From contig CM119268.1 in NCBI GenBank assembly GCA_051294375.1, positions 10,423,607 to 10,487,606 on the forward strand: a stretch of 64,000 nt of DNA, given 5' to 3'. The notes below the pieces were generated by a model. That model saw nothing but the letters and a program-made list of their open reading frames with translations. It was not told the DNA's origin and did no database searches. Of this stretch, positions 12,804 through 25,336 are shown one piece after another. Source of the DNA: Paraspadella gotoi (Eukaryota; Animalia; Chaetognatha). Numbering within the stretch: the stretch's first letter is position 1; every line of letters begins with the position of its first letter. Made by a program: the position numbers and the translations under genes.

Positions 12804-14311
12804 ATGGAGCGATCTTTTGGATTTTATTTGGTTCAGTATTTGCTGTTCATCTTCAATGTTGTATTTTTGATCGCCGGTTTGGGTCTACTTGGAATCAGCG
12901 TCTGGGCCTTGCTAGACAAGGTAACTAAATATTCATTTTGCAATATTGTAAGAGATGATTATTTAATATGATCAACCCCCTTATAATATAGATATTTGAG
13001 TTAATTGCATTTCTTTGTTTAAGATGATCATTGTATTTTCTTCTTAGGAACATTTGACAGTTTTTATCAAAACTCGCCTTTTCACCTCCGGCGCGTTGTT
13101 TCTTCTCGCCGTTAGCCTTGCCACGATCTTTATCTCGTTTTTTGGCTGTTTCGGTGAGTGTGAGCGTTCTAATAATTATCAAGATTAAAGAAGTCCGGTA
13201 CAAATCGCGGCTCTCGTTCACAGGTGCCATCAAGCGCGTTCGCTGCGTGCTCACCCTCTTTTTCGTCTCTTTACTCCTCGTCTTCTGCGCCGCTTTGTCA
13301 GGCGTAATTCTCATGTTCTTGTATCGTCACGATTTGTCTCAGCGTCTCTCCGACGCAATGCGAGAATCTATGAAAAACAAGTATCTTTACGAACCGAAGG
13401 TGAAAGGGAATTGTATAACTATCAAACAACGTTTAAAAATATCGTTTTTTATATCTATTTTTGTATACCTATCTATTTTTGTAATTATTCAGAATTCTAG
13501 CTCGATTGCCATTAGAGACTCGTGGGATTGGGTTCAGCAAACATTTCGCTGTTGCGGCGTTGGTGAGAACGGCAGCCACGACTGGTCGGAATCCTTTTGG
13601 TTTAGGGTGAGACTAATTGTTTTTAGCTTGGTACCTTCTTTTCATATTTGTTACATGGTAAAGTGAAGTCAAGTCTTTCTCGTTAGGCGGCGAAAGCTGC
13701 TGCCGAAAACGACAAAGAAGAATTCCCCAAAGTCCCGAAGAGTTGCTGCGTTCCGGCGGCCGCACCGGGATTCCTCGTCTATACGAACTCTAGTACTTTT
13801 CTCAATCACGACAAATGTCTCGGTAGGCGTAGAGAACTTAGATTCATTTGCGGTCTGTCTTTTTGGAAATATTTCAAGAATTTAGGAAGGAACTTTTGAT
13901 GCAGCCAAGAATGACATTGAGTTCATTTATTTCATTTCATTTCATTTGTTTTAATTTTCTCATTCAGGCATTGGGTCGTACTCCAACTTCGGTGGACCAC
14001 CAATCACCAAAATTCTTACGACACATTCCAACGAAGGTCTTTATTTGAGAGGTTGTCATCGAGCCTTTGTGAACATCATCGCTGACGTCAAGCATCTGGT
14101 CGTCATAGTTGCATGCGTCGTCGGTCTTATTCTCCTTCTCGTCATCGGAATGGGTTCGTGATAGTTTATAGCTTAAATATTTTGGGGGGGGGCAATTGAA
14201 AGGCAGACATTAAGAATTCGGTTTTTTGAAGGTTTGTCGTGCAATCTGTGCCGAAGGCTGGAGGAAGAAGATCGAGTGGTATTGGAGGAATTCAAAATGT
14301 CCCGTCCGTGA
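12804..14311 (+). CDS. Tetraspanin (multi-exon)
   Basis: YLLFIFNVVFLIAGLGLLGISVW (TM1), ISFFGCFGAIK (TM2), WDWVQQTFRCCG, VPKSCC and GC in the large extracellular loop, then a final TM segment. Confidence 0.9.
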
Positions 14312-15348
14312 ACTTGATTCAATTGAAAAAAAAACCTTTCTTCTCAAAAATTCTCAAAATTCTCACTCGATTGCCTCCTAATACTTTTTCCTAAAAATCT
14401 CTACTTTCCCCCCAAGCATGTTTGCGAAACTGCCATTTTTTAAATCAGTATAAAATAAAAATTTAACTTTTACATCAACTCCTTGTCAGTTACTCATTAC
14501 TCTTATTTTTTTTAGAGGATTGAGAGTATAATTCCAGCAAGAAATAAAATGGAAAGGAATTGTTTGTTTAAAAAAATATAAAAAATTCTGAAGTATAATG
14601 GTCAAAGCCACTCAAAAAAAGTAAGGAATCAATTTTGATTGTTTAAAAAAATCCTTTTTAATTATTTTATACTTGTTCAACGAATTAATGAGCGTCGTTA
14701 TGTTTTTGTGCCAAAATTTGCCTCTGTTTTTTAAAATATTAAAGTTTTACCACCACATTACTCAAACACGCATTTTGTTATCGATGAATAGATTGGTTTG
14801 TACTTACTGTTAAATTTGCTTTTAAAATAGCGGAAACCAGAGATTTTAAACCTATTTTTCTATTTGAATGCTATATTCTTTTATCATGTTGACTTTGTTG
14901 AAATTACGAATTTATATTTGATGACGCCTTATACAATTTTTTGCTGTTATTTATAGAGAGTGGTTATCACTGCTCCTGAAGCATAATCTTATCGACAGCT
15001 TTTGGTTTTCAGTTTATTCGTGCAATGTGTATTATTCGCTGGTGCTAATAATAAGTAAGATTTGCAAATTCAAGGTTTGAGATTTTCGGACTTTGAGACT
15101 GGCTTGCTTTTTTCCCCGCAACTTTCTTTTTCCAGTATTGAAAAATCTTTAGATATTTTGCAGTTAAATGTATATTTTTTTCTTTTTTTTTTTAGGCACA
15201 GTGATTTGTTTAGGTTTTTTAATTTAATCAAAAACTCAATGACCAAAAAAAATCAATAGACAAATAGAAATTGCTATTATCTGAGCAAACGAATCTCTGC
15301 ATCGCTGTGGTCGCCGGTTTTAAGCAGTGAAAGGTTGAAAGAATAAAA

Positions 15349-16299
15349 ATGAATTTCCTCAAGTCTTACTTAATCCTGAAGACGGGGGTGCGGTCCATCG
15401 AGACTTGGCAACTGCCACGTCTTTTCCACCGCGAATTGGCTGCAGTGGCATCCGCCCAGCCTGGTCGTCGAACCATCGCCACTTCGGCGCCGATGGCGGC
15501 AGCGGCGGCAGAACCCTTTCTCAGCGGATCTTCGGCAGTTTATCTCGAGGAAATGTTCGAGGCGTGGAAGCGCGACCCCAATTCCGTTCACAAATCGTGG
15601 GACGTCTACTTTCGGGAGGTGGAGGGCGGAGCGGGCCCCGGGGCCGCACATGCTCGTCCGCCGGCAGCCGGCGGCGCCATAATGCCCGCTCCGTCGGGCG
15701 GCGGCGCCGCTGCCTCTCCGAGAGATATTGCCGATCACCTTAAAGTACAGGTGCCCCTTTTTTGAGTTACGAAAAGTCGATGAAAAAAACTCATTTCTTT
15801 CTTTGAAATCTTTTTTTTTTCACAGGATTTAATTCGTTATTATCAAGCTCGAGGACACCACATCGCGGACTTAGATCCGCTCGGAATTCTCCAGGCTGAT
15901 CTTAATAGCAGAGTCCCGCGAGGGCTTCTGCTTGAAACCTATGGATTTTCTGAGGCGGATCTTAATAAGCAATTCTCTGTTCCTGCAAACACGTAGGTGT
16001 CGCGCAATGATCAAAACAAGCTTATTGCAAAAACTTTGAGCTGGCTAAGCAAAGCAACTTAAGTAAATATGTACGTATTTCGTAATGTCGCAGTTACATC
16101 AACGGTTCTCGAAACACGATGTCCCTGGGGGAGATCCGTGATGGACTCAAAGCCGTGTACTGTAATCACATGGGACTCGAGTTTACTTACATGCGGGACA
16201 GGTTTGGTTGGGCGGGGCGCAATTGCGGTGGTTGGGGTCGCGGAGAAAGTCAGTTCATTAAACAACAATAGTTCCCAATTTCTCCTCAGCACTCGGGTC

Positions 16300-16344
<45 letters not shown>

Positions 16345-16375
16345 TAATTCCCACTTTCTCCTCAGCACTAAGGTC

Positions 16376-16417
<42 letters not shown>

Positions 16418-19400
16418 TAATTCCCACTTTCTCCTCAGCACTCAGGTCGAATGGTTGAAGCAAAAATTCGAGACTCCGGACGCGATGAAGTTGTCCGCCG
16501 AGGAAAAACGCCTCACGCTCGCTCGACTCATGAGAGGAACCAAATTCGAAGAGTTCCTCGCTAAAAAGTTCACAGCTGAAAAGAGATTCGGGCTGGAAGG
16601 TGAATGCGATTTGTAAATGTCACCTAAAATTGAATTTGTTTCGCCCACAATTGATTGTATATAAGAAAGGGAAGCGAGAGATCAAAAACGAGAAGGGTGA
16701 CCGAATGAATTTTGACGACGCAGGTGGAGAGGCGTTGATACCTTGCATTAAAAAGTTAATCGACGAAGTGTCGGATCGAGGCGTGGAGAGTGTCGTCATC
16801 GGAATGCCTCATCGCGGAAGACTCAACGTCCTCTCTAACGTCGCCAGGTTCGTGCGTGGAGGGAGTTTATGGTTATTTGGTAATAAAGGTAAGCTGTAAG
16901 TCATCGCCCCGATCTAACAGTCTATTTATTTTTCGCCAGGATGCCTCTGGAGAAAATGCTCGCGAGGTTCGACTCGAGCCTGGCGCCGGACGAAGAAGGT
17001 TCTGGCGACGTCAAGTATCATTTGGGAACTTCTGTCGAGAGGATCAATCGGTTCAACAATAAGAAAGTCAGGTAAATTTTTACTTTTAATTCATTGCGTC
17101 CGAAACATTTTTTCTAAGTAAGTAGTACAACTAAATTTACCTAATCTTTTACTCAACAGAATATCGATCGTAGCAAACCCTTCCCATCTCGAGGCGGTTG
17201 ATCCCGTCGTTCTTGGAAAGGTTCGCGCGGAACAGTACTTTCGAGGCGACAGGGAAGGCAAACAGGTCATGGCTATTGTTATGCACGGAGACGCCGCCTT
17301 CGCTGGTCAGGTCGGAATTTTGTTCTAAATCGTTATATAACTTAATTGAGATCGTTTTCGACTTTTCATTTTACCTTCTAGCTTTTTTTTTTTTAATTAA
17401 GGGTGTTGTGTACGAGACAATCCATCTTTCTGAACTTCCCTTCTACACGACGCACGGATGCATTCACGTCGTTGTCAACAATCAGGTCGGATTCACCACC
17501 GACCCTCGTTATTCGCGCTCCTCGCCCTATTGTACAGGTGATGAGTTTGCGAAGGGACCGTTGTTGATTCCAACGTGATTTCGTCAACCACCAAAAATTC
17601 TATCCCCGGTGTCAGACGTGGCTCGTGTCGTCGAGGCTCCCATCTTTCACGTCAACGGAGACGACCCCGAGGCTGTCGTTTACATTTCAAAAATCGCCGG
17701 GGAGTTTCGTCAGACTTTTGGCAAGGACGTCGTCATTGACATCGTCTCCTACCGAAAAAATGGTCACAACGAGGTGGATGAGCCGATGTTCACTCAGCCC
17801 CTAATGTACAAGAAGGTAACTTGATATTTTAATGCAGCCGTATAAATCTAATTAAATTGATGTTAATTGAAAAGAAAAGATTTACTAAAAATCAAGCGGA
17901 ATTTATGCAATATTTCTCTATTTCGCCCTCGACGATAACGCAAGGTGAAAAAAATGGTGCCCTCGATGAATCGCTATGCAGAAAAACTGATCGCCGAGGG
18001 CGTCATGACTCAAGACGAGTATAAGAAAGAAGTCGATGGCTATGAAAAGGTTCTCGAGGATTCCCTCGTGGCGGGGAAAAAGATCGATCGGTAGAAACAT
18101 GAATTCAATCAAAAATTTTTATTTTTGGGTTTTTGTTACGTTTTGGTTATCCTCTTTTGTTCACCTACCGGCAGCCTTTTTTCTATACATATTACATAGT
18201 ATTTTTTTCTTCCCTTTTCCACCTTTAACCCCAGCATGCAAAATTTCGAGTGGCTGGATTCTCCTTGGGACGGATTTTTTCTGTCGACACGCGTCGAGCG
18301 CGAGAAACAGGCCTCGAAGAACATCCCTCCGACCGGGGTCGACGAGGAAAATATCCAGCACATCCTTGGCAAGTTCTCCACCATCGGCAAGGAAAACTTC
18401 GTCGCTCACAGGGGCATCTTGAGAGTTCTCAAGGTATCCTGACGTTTTAGATTTTAACCATTCGGTTGTTGTTTTAAGGGCGATCCGGCGATATCGTCTC
18501 GTTTTCTCTTTTCTAATCTAGGCACGCGCGGAAATGGTTAGCAAACGGATGGCGAATTGGGCCATGGGCGAGGCGGTTGCCTTCGGTTCCTTGCTCAAGG
18601 AAGGAGTTCATGTTCGCCTCTCGGGTCAAGACGTCGAGCGTGGAACGTTCTCTCACCGTCATCACGTGCTGCACGACCAGAACGTCGACAAACTCACCTA
18701 CAATCCTCTCAATGATCTTTCTCCCGATCAGGTCTCCATCTGGGTTTAGATTTGGGTTGGGATGGTTAACTTCTATTTTGTGTCTCTTCAAAAAGATAAT
18801 CTCGTTTTTTCATTTTCCTCTATGTAGGCCGAATACTCCGTGGGCAACTCTTCCCTCTCTGAGTTTGGTGTCCTAGGATTCGAATTGGGTTACTCCATGA
18901 CCAATCCAAACACTCTTGTCCTGTGGGAGGGACAATTTGGCGACTTTTGCAACACGGCGCAGCCAATCATCGACCAATTTCTCTCGGCCGGCCAGACAAA
19001 GTGGGTGCGGCAAACTGGGCTCGTTATGCTCCTACCTCACGGCTACGAAGGACAGGGTGAGTTTCTACTTAAATATTTTTCTTTTCTTTTTTCATTTGTT
19101 TCTTTTTTTCTTTTTAGGACCAGAGCATTCTTCAGCGAGGCTCGAGAGATTTCTGCAAATGTGCGCTGACGACGAAGACATCATACCGGAAGGGATCGTT
19201 AAGGGGGAAGATTTGGATGCTGTAAGTTGAAATACAAAAAGTTTGAGCAAACAATGTCGGGTCTGCCTACGATAATTTAGCGGTAAGCAGCTAACCAGAT
19301 GATAAGTCATGCAATGATAACGATTTATTGATGCGATAATATTAGATACGATAAAAATCGATCATTGACGTGATGATAATCGATCATTAATCAATGATAC

Positions 19401-21874
19401 AATGATGTCTGAATGTGACATGAAAATTCATAAATAAATAAATAGTGAGAGAAACATAACTAATCCTTACGAGATCATAACATTATAAATCATAACAGAT
19501 TTTTCAATAAATCAATTTAAAAATTTATCAATCAGTCATTTAACCAAATTAACAATCAATCAATCAATCAGAGATAGAGAGAAATTCAAATAAATCTGTC
19601 TTTTGGTTTTTTAATTTAAACTCTGTAGTGTCATCAAAAATTTATATGCAGCTTAATCACATATTTTCCTACCCACACTCAAAATTCCATTTCAATCTAT
19701 CCAATTTTTTATAAATATAATAATTATGAATAAAAAAAAACTTCAAGTAAATGTGACTTTTGTTTTTTCCATTTAAACTCATATCTACTTTCACGTTTCA
19801 AGCGAAACTTTATATCTACCTTAATCACGCACTTTCCTACCCACACAGAAAATTTTATCTCAATCCATCCATCCATCCAATTATAAATAATTGGAATAGT
19901 AAATATTAGTAAACGAATTCAAGTAAATAAGACTTGTTTTTTCCATTTAAACTAATTTCCACTCGCTCGATTCCATCGAAAACTACCCACACAAAATTTT
20001 ATCTCAATCCATCCATCCAATCATGAGTAATTGGAGTTTAATGCTAAGGGGGGACGGACGGACATGATTTTTTTGCATAATTTATCATAATTCGTTGTTT
20101 TGACATGATTTAAGTGACTTACCGACAAGATTGGGGGGTGGACCGACGGACCGACAAAGTGGATTATAGAGTCGGAATCTGCTGATAAGCAGATCCAACT
20201 AAAAAGAGTAAAAAAAAAGAAAGTATTTTATCTATTAACTGTTAAAATGTTAAGCCAACCCTCCTTGTTTATGACGCGAAGGTAGCGGTGAAAGAGATTT
20301 ACAAAATGAACTGGATCATCGCGAATTGTACTACCCCGGCGAATTATATGCATTTGCTGCGCCGCCAGGTTACCTCAGTTCTTTTTATGAGCGTCGTATA
20401 TCGGCCTGATATATCGGGTATATAATATATACCCGATATACGACCTATATATAGGTTTCATATTAAAAAAATGATACGCCGTTTTTCGAGCCGAGAATTG
20501 GTTCCGCACAAACTAAAACGATCAAAGTTTATAAGACTATACAAATGGAAATATCTAGGGGATTTTTGATTTTCTGAGAGGAGATACAGGGCCCTGGGGT
20601 TGAACCCCCAGGCGTCGAAAAAAGCCCAATTTTTTTTTTCTTTTTATGAATTTATTTCAGGCATCAGTTGCATTGATGTCACCCACAAGTAAAAACATTT
20701 TAGATGTAAAATTGATGTATTTTGTTAAATAGACGTTGTTTGAAGATGCATGGTTCATTATTTTAATTCAAATTTTCCCTTACTCCAAATTTGATATAAA
20801 CCGCTGATGTTCCTGAAAATAGAAATTAAGGTTAACTAGTTTTTTGGTAGTAATAAATACGTTTTTCAGGAGGAATAAACGTCTCTGCAACTGTTGAAAA
20901 CTAAAAAACTATAAAAATTATTTTTAAAAATTTGACCATTTTTCTAACCTGTGGGTGACCCCCGAATTCGCCTCGATTGTTCTATTTGTATTCCATTAAG
21001 CATCAATGTACAAAATTTCAACATATTTGCTCCTGGAGTTATTCCGGAACCGATTCTCGGCCCGAGAAAACGGCGTATCATTTTCTAATATTGAAGCCTA
21101 TAGTGAATATCTTAAAAAGTGATCTAACCTCCATCTGCAGGTCAAGCTTCCGGTTCGAAAGCCATTGGTTGTAATGTCCCCGAAGAGTCTGTTGGGTCTT
21201 CCGGAGGCGAGGTCCTCCTTTGACGAGATGACTACCGGCACATCTTTCCGCAGAGTCATACCGGTTGGTGGCGGGAGATGAGAGGAGAAATTGGGTGTAG
21301 CTCATTGAACATGAGTGATGTTTCATACAACGCTTAAATAGAGTTACTTATTCCCCTATATTATCTATTGCTAGCAGACGGATGATTTCCATATCGATTT
21401 CTCTTGCTTTCTGCAGGAGGAGGGAGATGCTGCGAAGGACCCGAGTCAAGTTAAGAAGCTCATTTTCTGCACAGGGCGAGTTTATTACGATCTGGCGAAA
21501 GCCAGGGAGACTGCGGGTCTCAAGTCTAAGATCGCCATAGCCCGGATCGAGCAAGTTCGTCGCTAATATTTTATAGAGGATCGTTATAGTGCCCAATATC
21601 GCTTTGTTAAAACTTTCAGATTTGTCCCTTCCCTTATGGGATGGTGATGAACGAGATCAAGAAGTACTCGTCGGCCCAACCCGTCTGGGCCCAGGAGGAG
21701 CACAAAAATCAAGGAGCGTGGAGCTACGTTCAGCCTCGACTGGAAACGGCGACCCATCACAAGTTCGAGTTCCCGTATATCGGCCGCCCCGTATCTCCCT
21801 CCACTGCGACTGGAAACAAAGCGCAACACGTGTCCGAACTCGACAATCTCCTCTCTGAGGCTATGGATATTTGA
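15349..21874 (+). CDS. OGDH: 2-oxoglutarate dehydrogenase E1, mitochondrial (multi-exon)
   Basis: [87 protein letters not shown] and [12 protein letters not shown]. Confidence 0.97.
16261..16452 (+). repeat. Three tandem copies of an intron-exon junction separated by (AAT)n
   Basis: The unit acaataattcccactttctcctcagcact(c/a)(a/g)ggtcgaat occurs three times with (aat)n spacers. Confidence 0.92.
19283..20205. mobile_element. Probable non-autonomous Helentron/DINE-like element in an OGDH intron
   Basis: Internal ~150-170-bp subrepeats (ctacccacac..aaaatt..caatc at ~19669, 19837 and 19984), (atca)n/(atcc)n/(ggac)n microsatellites, and a terminal hairpin agtcggaatctgct..agcagatccaact followed by an A-run. 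The left boundary is uncertain. Confidence 0.5.
20385..21101. mobile_element. Non-autonomous inverted-repeat element in an OGDH intron
   Basis: ~55-bp imperfect inverted repeats at 20450-20507 and 21044-21101 (aaaatgatacgccgttt..gccgagaat.ggttccg), preceded by the palindrome tatatcgggtatataatatatacccgatata. Confidence 0.75.
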
Positions 21875-22195
21875 GGATGATAGCAATTGGCCAGGACGGG
21901 GAGTGAACACGGGTGTTCGTCTGGCGAGCTCGATCGGGAGTTGAAGATTTGACGCATAGGGAGAAAAAAAAACCTAGTCGATTATAACTCGTCCACAAAT
22001 TTAACATATTTTTTACTTACCTACCTATATTTATTATGAATCTAGATCGTGTGTGTAATTTTTTTTACCAAAATTTATAATACAACTCTGTGATTTGCAA
22101 ACTGATAGAAAACACGAAAAAATATTTTTTTTTATCAGATGGCGTTTTTATATATGTCACGAATTCAAGTCCAATTGGTACCAGGAATTACAAGC

Positions 22196-23882
22196 TTAAG
22201 TTGGGCCGAAAACGTCCGATGTTTTTTCTCTGACGGAATTTCCGGAACTTGAACTTGCGGTAAACCCAGAAGTCGAGCTTGACACTTCCGATGCCGTCGA
22301 CCAAGACGCCGTTTTCCAAGACTTCATCGTGAATAGACGCTTCAATTCTTGGCGAAACCACGGGCCACTGATGCAGTAGATAGGCATGTGCATGCCGTGG
22401 TTCATTAGCATCAACCAGTTCATCTCACGCCAACCTTAAAAAAAATTATATTTTGTTTATTATGGATACTACTAATTCGAGATTTAGGTTGTCATCCTTC
22501 AAGTAGGTATTGACTAAAAAGTTATTAGTTAATTGTAGCATATTAAAGCTTACCTCTCGCGGATGTGAATTTCCATCCATTAACAAAACTATCCATGCGA
22601 GTGACCATGTGTGGAAAATTCAAGCCCCAGGAAAAAAGAGATACCAACGCCACAGTTTTGAACATTCGCTGAGTATTGGTTAAAGCGTTTAATTTTTACC
22701 TGATGTATTAATGATTAGTTATTGCTAATTGAAGTGATTACTTACTTTTTTGGCTTTTTCCTGCATTTGGGGTAAATCTCCGAACACAAATTTGTACATT
22801 ACCGCTAAGTTGACCAGAAGTTGCAAGTGAATCGGAAAGATGTAAACGTACCCTGAACCTGTCGCCCGATGTAAATTGTTTCACTTTGTTTAACATAACG
22901 TTTCAATTTTGTTTATATTTACCGATTGGGGAATCGATATGCTTGACGAACCAGGTAAATTCTTCGTGCACGAAGCATTTGTTGTTCGGTCTGTCCACTC
23001 CCCTAAAAAGAAAATGTCGCAGCGCCGTGTATCCGCCGATTACGAAGAAGTAGAACGCGTTGGCGAGGGAGGCGCTGATGTGAAGACAATTTTGATTTGA
23101 GATTCGTATTCTAGTTATAATGTTTACCTCTGGCAAACTCTACCTTCTGTAATTGCAAAGGCTCTTATATCTGTGCGGGAAGTAGATTGCGATAAAACGT
23201 TCGATCGTCAGATTAAGCGTGACAAAATGTGACCATCCACAAAAGGTGGACTCGACCCACTTCTGTTTGCACAAAAACCAGATATCCGTGTACTGAAAGA
23301 ATTTGTTTTCCAGTGCATTAATCTGATGAAGAAGCAATGATTATTCAAAAGTTGCTTTAAGGTGTTAATTTATCATTAAATGATTACGTATTAAATGAGA
23401 CAGTTTTGAGGTACAGAGCTAATTTCTATACTTACTTTCGACCAAAGTGTAAAAATATCGCAAACGGACAGCCAGATCATATTGATTCTCAGAGAATCTC
23501 CAACTTTTTCGAGCGCCGCCGGTCGATGGAAAACGATGAGCGCCAAAATGTTGACTGTGACTCCAAAGAAGCCAATCAGAAAAGTCACCACCACCTTTTT
23601 AGAAGAAAAGGATGAGATGTTATCGGATTTGATTTAAGATCGCGCGAGTTTTATCCGTAATCTCTATAGTAACTCTACCTTACTTAATTAGTAATTTTGT
23701 ACATATAAACATAAAAAAGAAACATAAAAATATAATCCTCCATTTACTTCGTAAGCGTTTTCTTTAAATATCTCTGTATTGCTTTTTTTGACGAGTTCGA
23801 TCGTCTCGTTGTCGGCGGTTAGATTTGTGGCCTCTACCGCCATCGTCCAGATCATCGCTTCGGTCGTCATCGTCGCCATCAT
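22196..23882 (-). CDS. Class A (rhodopsin-like) GPCR, divergent peptide-receptor type (multi-exon)
   Basis: TM1 GFFGVTVNILALIVF, TM2 MIWLSVCD, TM3 LTIERFIAIYFPHRY, TM6 VALVSLFSWGLNFPH, TM7 NHGMHMPIYCISGPWFRQEL; N-terminal N-glycosylation sequons. Confidence 0.85.
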
Positions 23883-24140
23883 CCTTACGGAGGATTGCTC
23901 TTCATATACGACCGCGTTTTATATAAAGGGAGGGGGTCGCTTTCTGATTGTTATCGCTCTTGGCGATAAGACTAATACCGGCGTGGTCGATGACGCGTGG
24001 AGAAAACCATTAAATCGATTGACAAAAAATCAGTATTGCTTGATAACCAACTTCCTTGCTAGTCATCCTCACCATCCATTTCAAACTGGACGAAGTGATA
24101 CAATTTTAATGATTTACAACAACGACAATGTTTTTACCTG

Positions 24141-24182
24141 AAAACGGACATGTTTCGACTAATTGTTAGCCTTCATCAACGC
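24141..24182 (-). ncRNA. Minimal type I hammerhead ribozyme motif (C3-to-U variant)
   Basis: Minus strand reads gcg TTGATGA A GGCTAA caa TTAGTC GAAAC AT GTC cgtttt. Confidence 0.6.
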
Positions 24183-24451
24183 AAGTTTTTTTTATGCTAA
24201 TGTTCGCAAATGCCCAATTTTTAAATTAATACTTAGTGGTTAGAAGTACCGTTATCGTTTTGCTTGCGATAAAATCTCGCATCCAATGATTTATCGGCGT
24301 TGCTTCGAGTAATCCCCTTATCGGACGCGTTTAATTATATCTCGCTTCTAATCTAATCAGTTATTTCGCCCAATTTTCCAGTTTTTTGTGAGGAAAAGAA
24401 AGGAAACATTCACCAGAAGGAAACATCATTCGTTAATCCCTGTTCGTGGCA

Positions 24452-25020
24452 ATGGCGTCTTACTGTCGTCAATCCGGAAAGGACCGCATAATCTTCGCTT
24501 CAAAAGAGGATCATGAAACCCCCTCTAACATAATGGTATCTCCAGACGATCCCGAGGACCGCGAGCCCGGCCTCATCCTACCCAACGGAGACATCAACTG
24601 GGCTTGTCCCTGCTTGGGCGGCATGGCCACTGGACCGTGCGGGCTGGAATTTCGGGGGGCCTTCTCATGTTTTCACTATTCGCAGGTGTAAAAGCCTAAT
24701 CCGTTTAGATTTAGGGATAATGATGATTGATAACCAAGTGAACATGTTATAGGATAAATTGTTTTTGTTATCAGGCCGAACCGAAGGGTGCCGATTGCCT
24801 GAAAGAGTTCGGTGGCATGCAAAAGTGCATGCAACAATACCCGGAACTCTACGGGGACGATGACAAAGGCATGGAAATAGAGGAGGAGATGGAGCGGGAA
24901 ACGAAGAAAGCAGACAGCGAGAGAAAAGAGTTAGCGGCTCCACCGGAAACTGCAGAGCTGACGGCCGCCTCGTCGTCAACGGCAGCGGCATCAGCGGCCA
25001 CTGCTACTTTCCAGAGCTGA
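24452..25020 (+). CDS. CHCHD4: Mitochondrial intermembrane-space import oxidoreductase MIA40, 2 exons
   Basis: [17 protein letters not shown] and [50 protein letters not shown] (CPC plus twin CX9C). Confidence 0.96.
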
Positions 25021-25336
25021 AATAATTCAATTGATTAATCTTCGTCGTGATTTTCCGAATCAACTGACCGCAAATTACTTTTGGGCGATGTTACTGATCG
25101 ATGGTCACGCCTCGTCCGTGTGTTTAGTTGAAAAGATTTCACTGCGGTTTCCGACCCATCGTCCTTCCTCTCCCACAAACTCCCATGTTAGCGAAATTTT
25201 CCTTACCCCTCCAATGGTTCTCAACCGTATTCCCCCCTCAACTTCGTTATGTTTGTGCGTGTAATTTAAAGTCTAAGATGTGACGCAGGTTTTTGAAAAA
25301 GTAAGATTCGCCTCAAAATGAGTTAACGATCCGACG

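Noticed and set aside
24718-24775. C-box-like ATGATGA in the CHCHD4 intron
   Set aside because: No downstream CTGA D box or terminal stem, and the intron is very short.
10393-25020. Functional linkage of CIAPIN1 and CHCHD4 (reported substrate and import receptor)
   Set aside because: They are 13 kb and four genes apart, with no shared regulatory feature visible.
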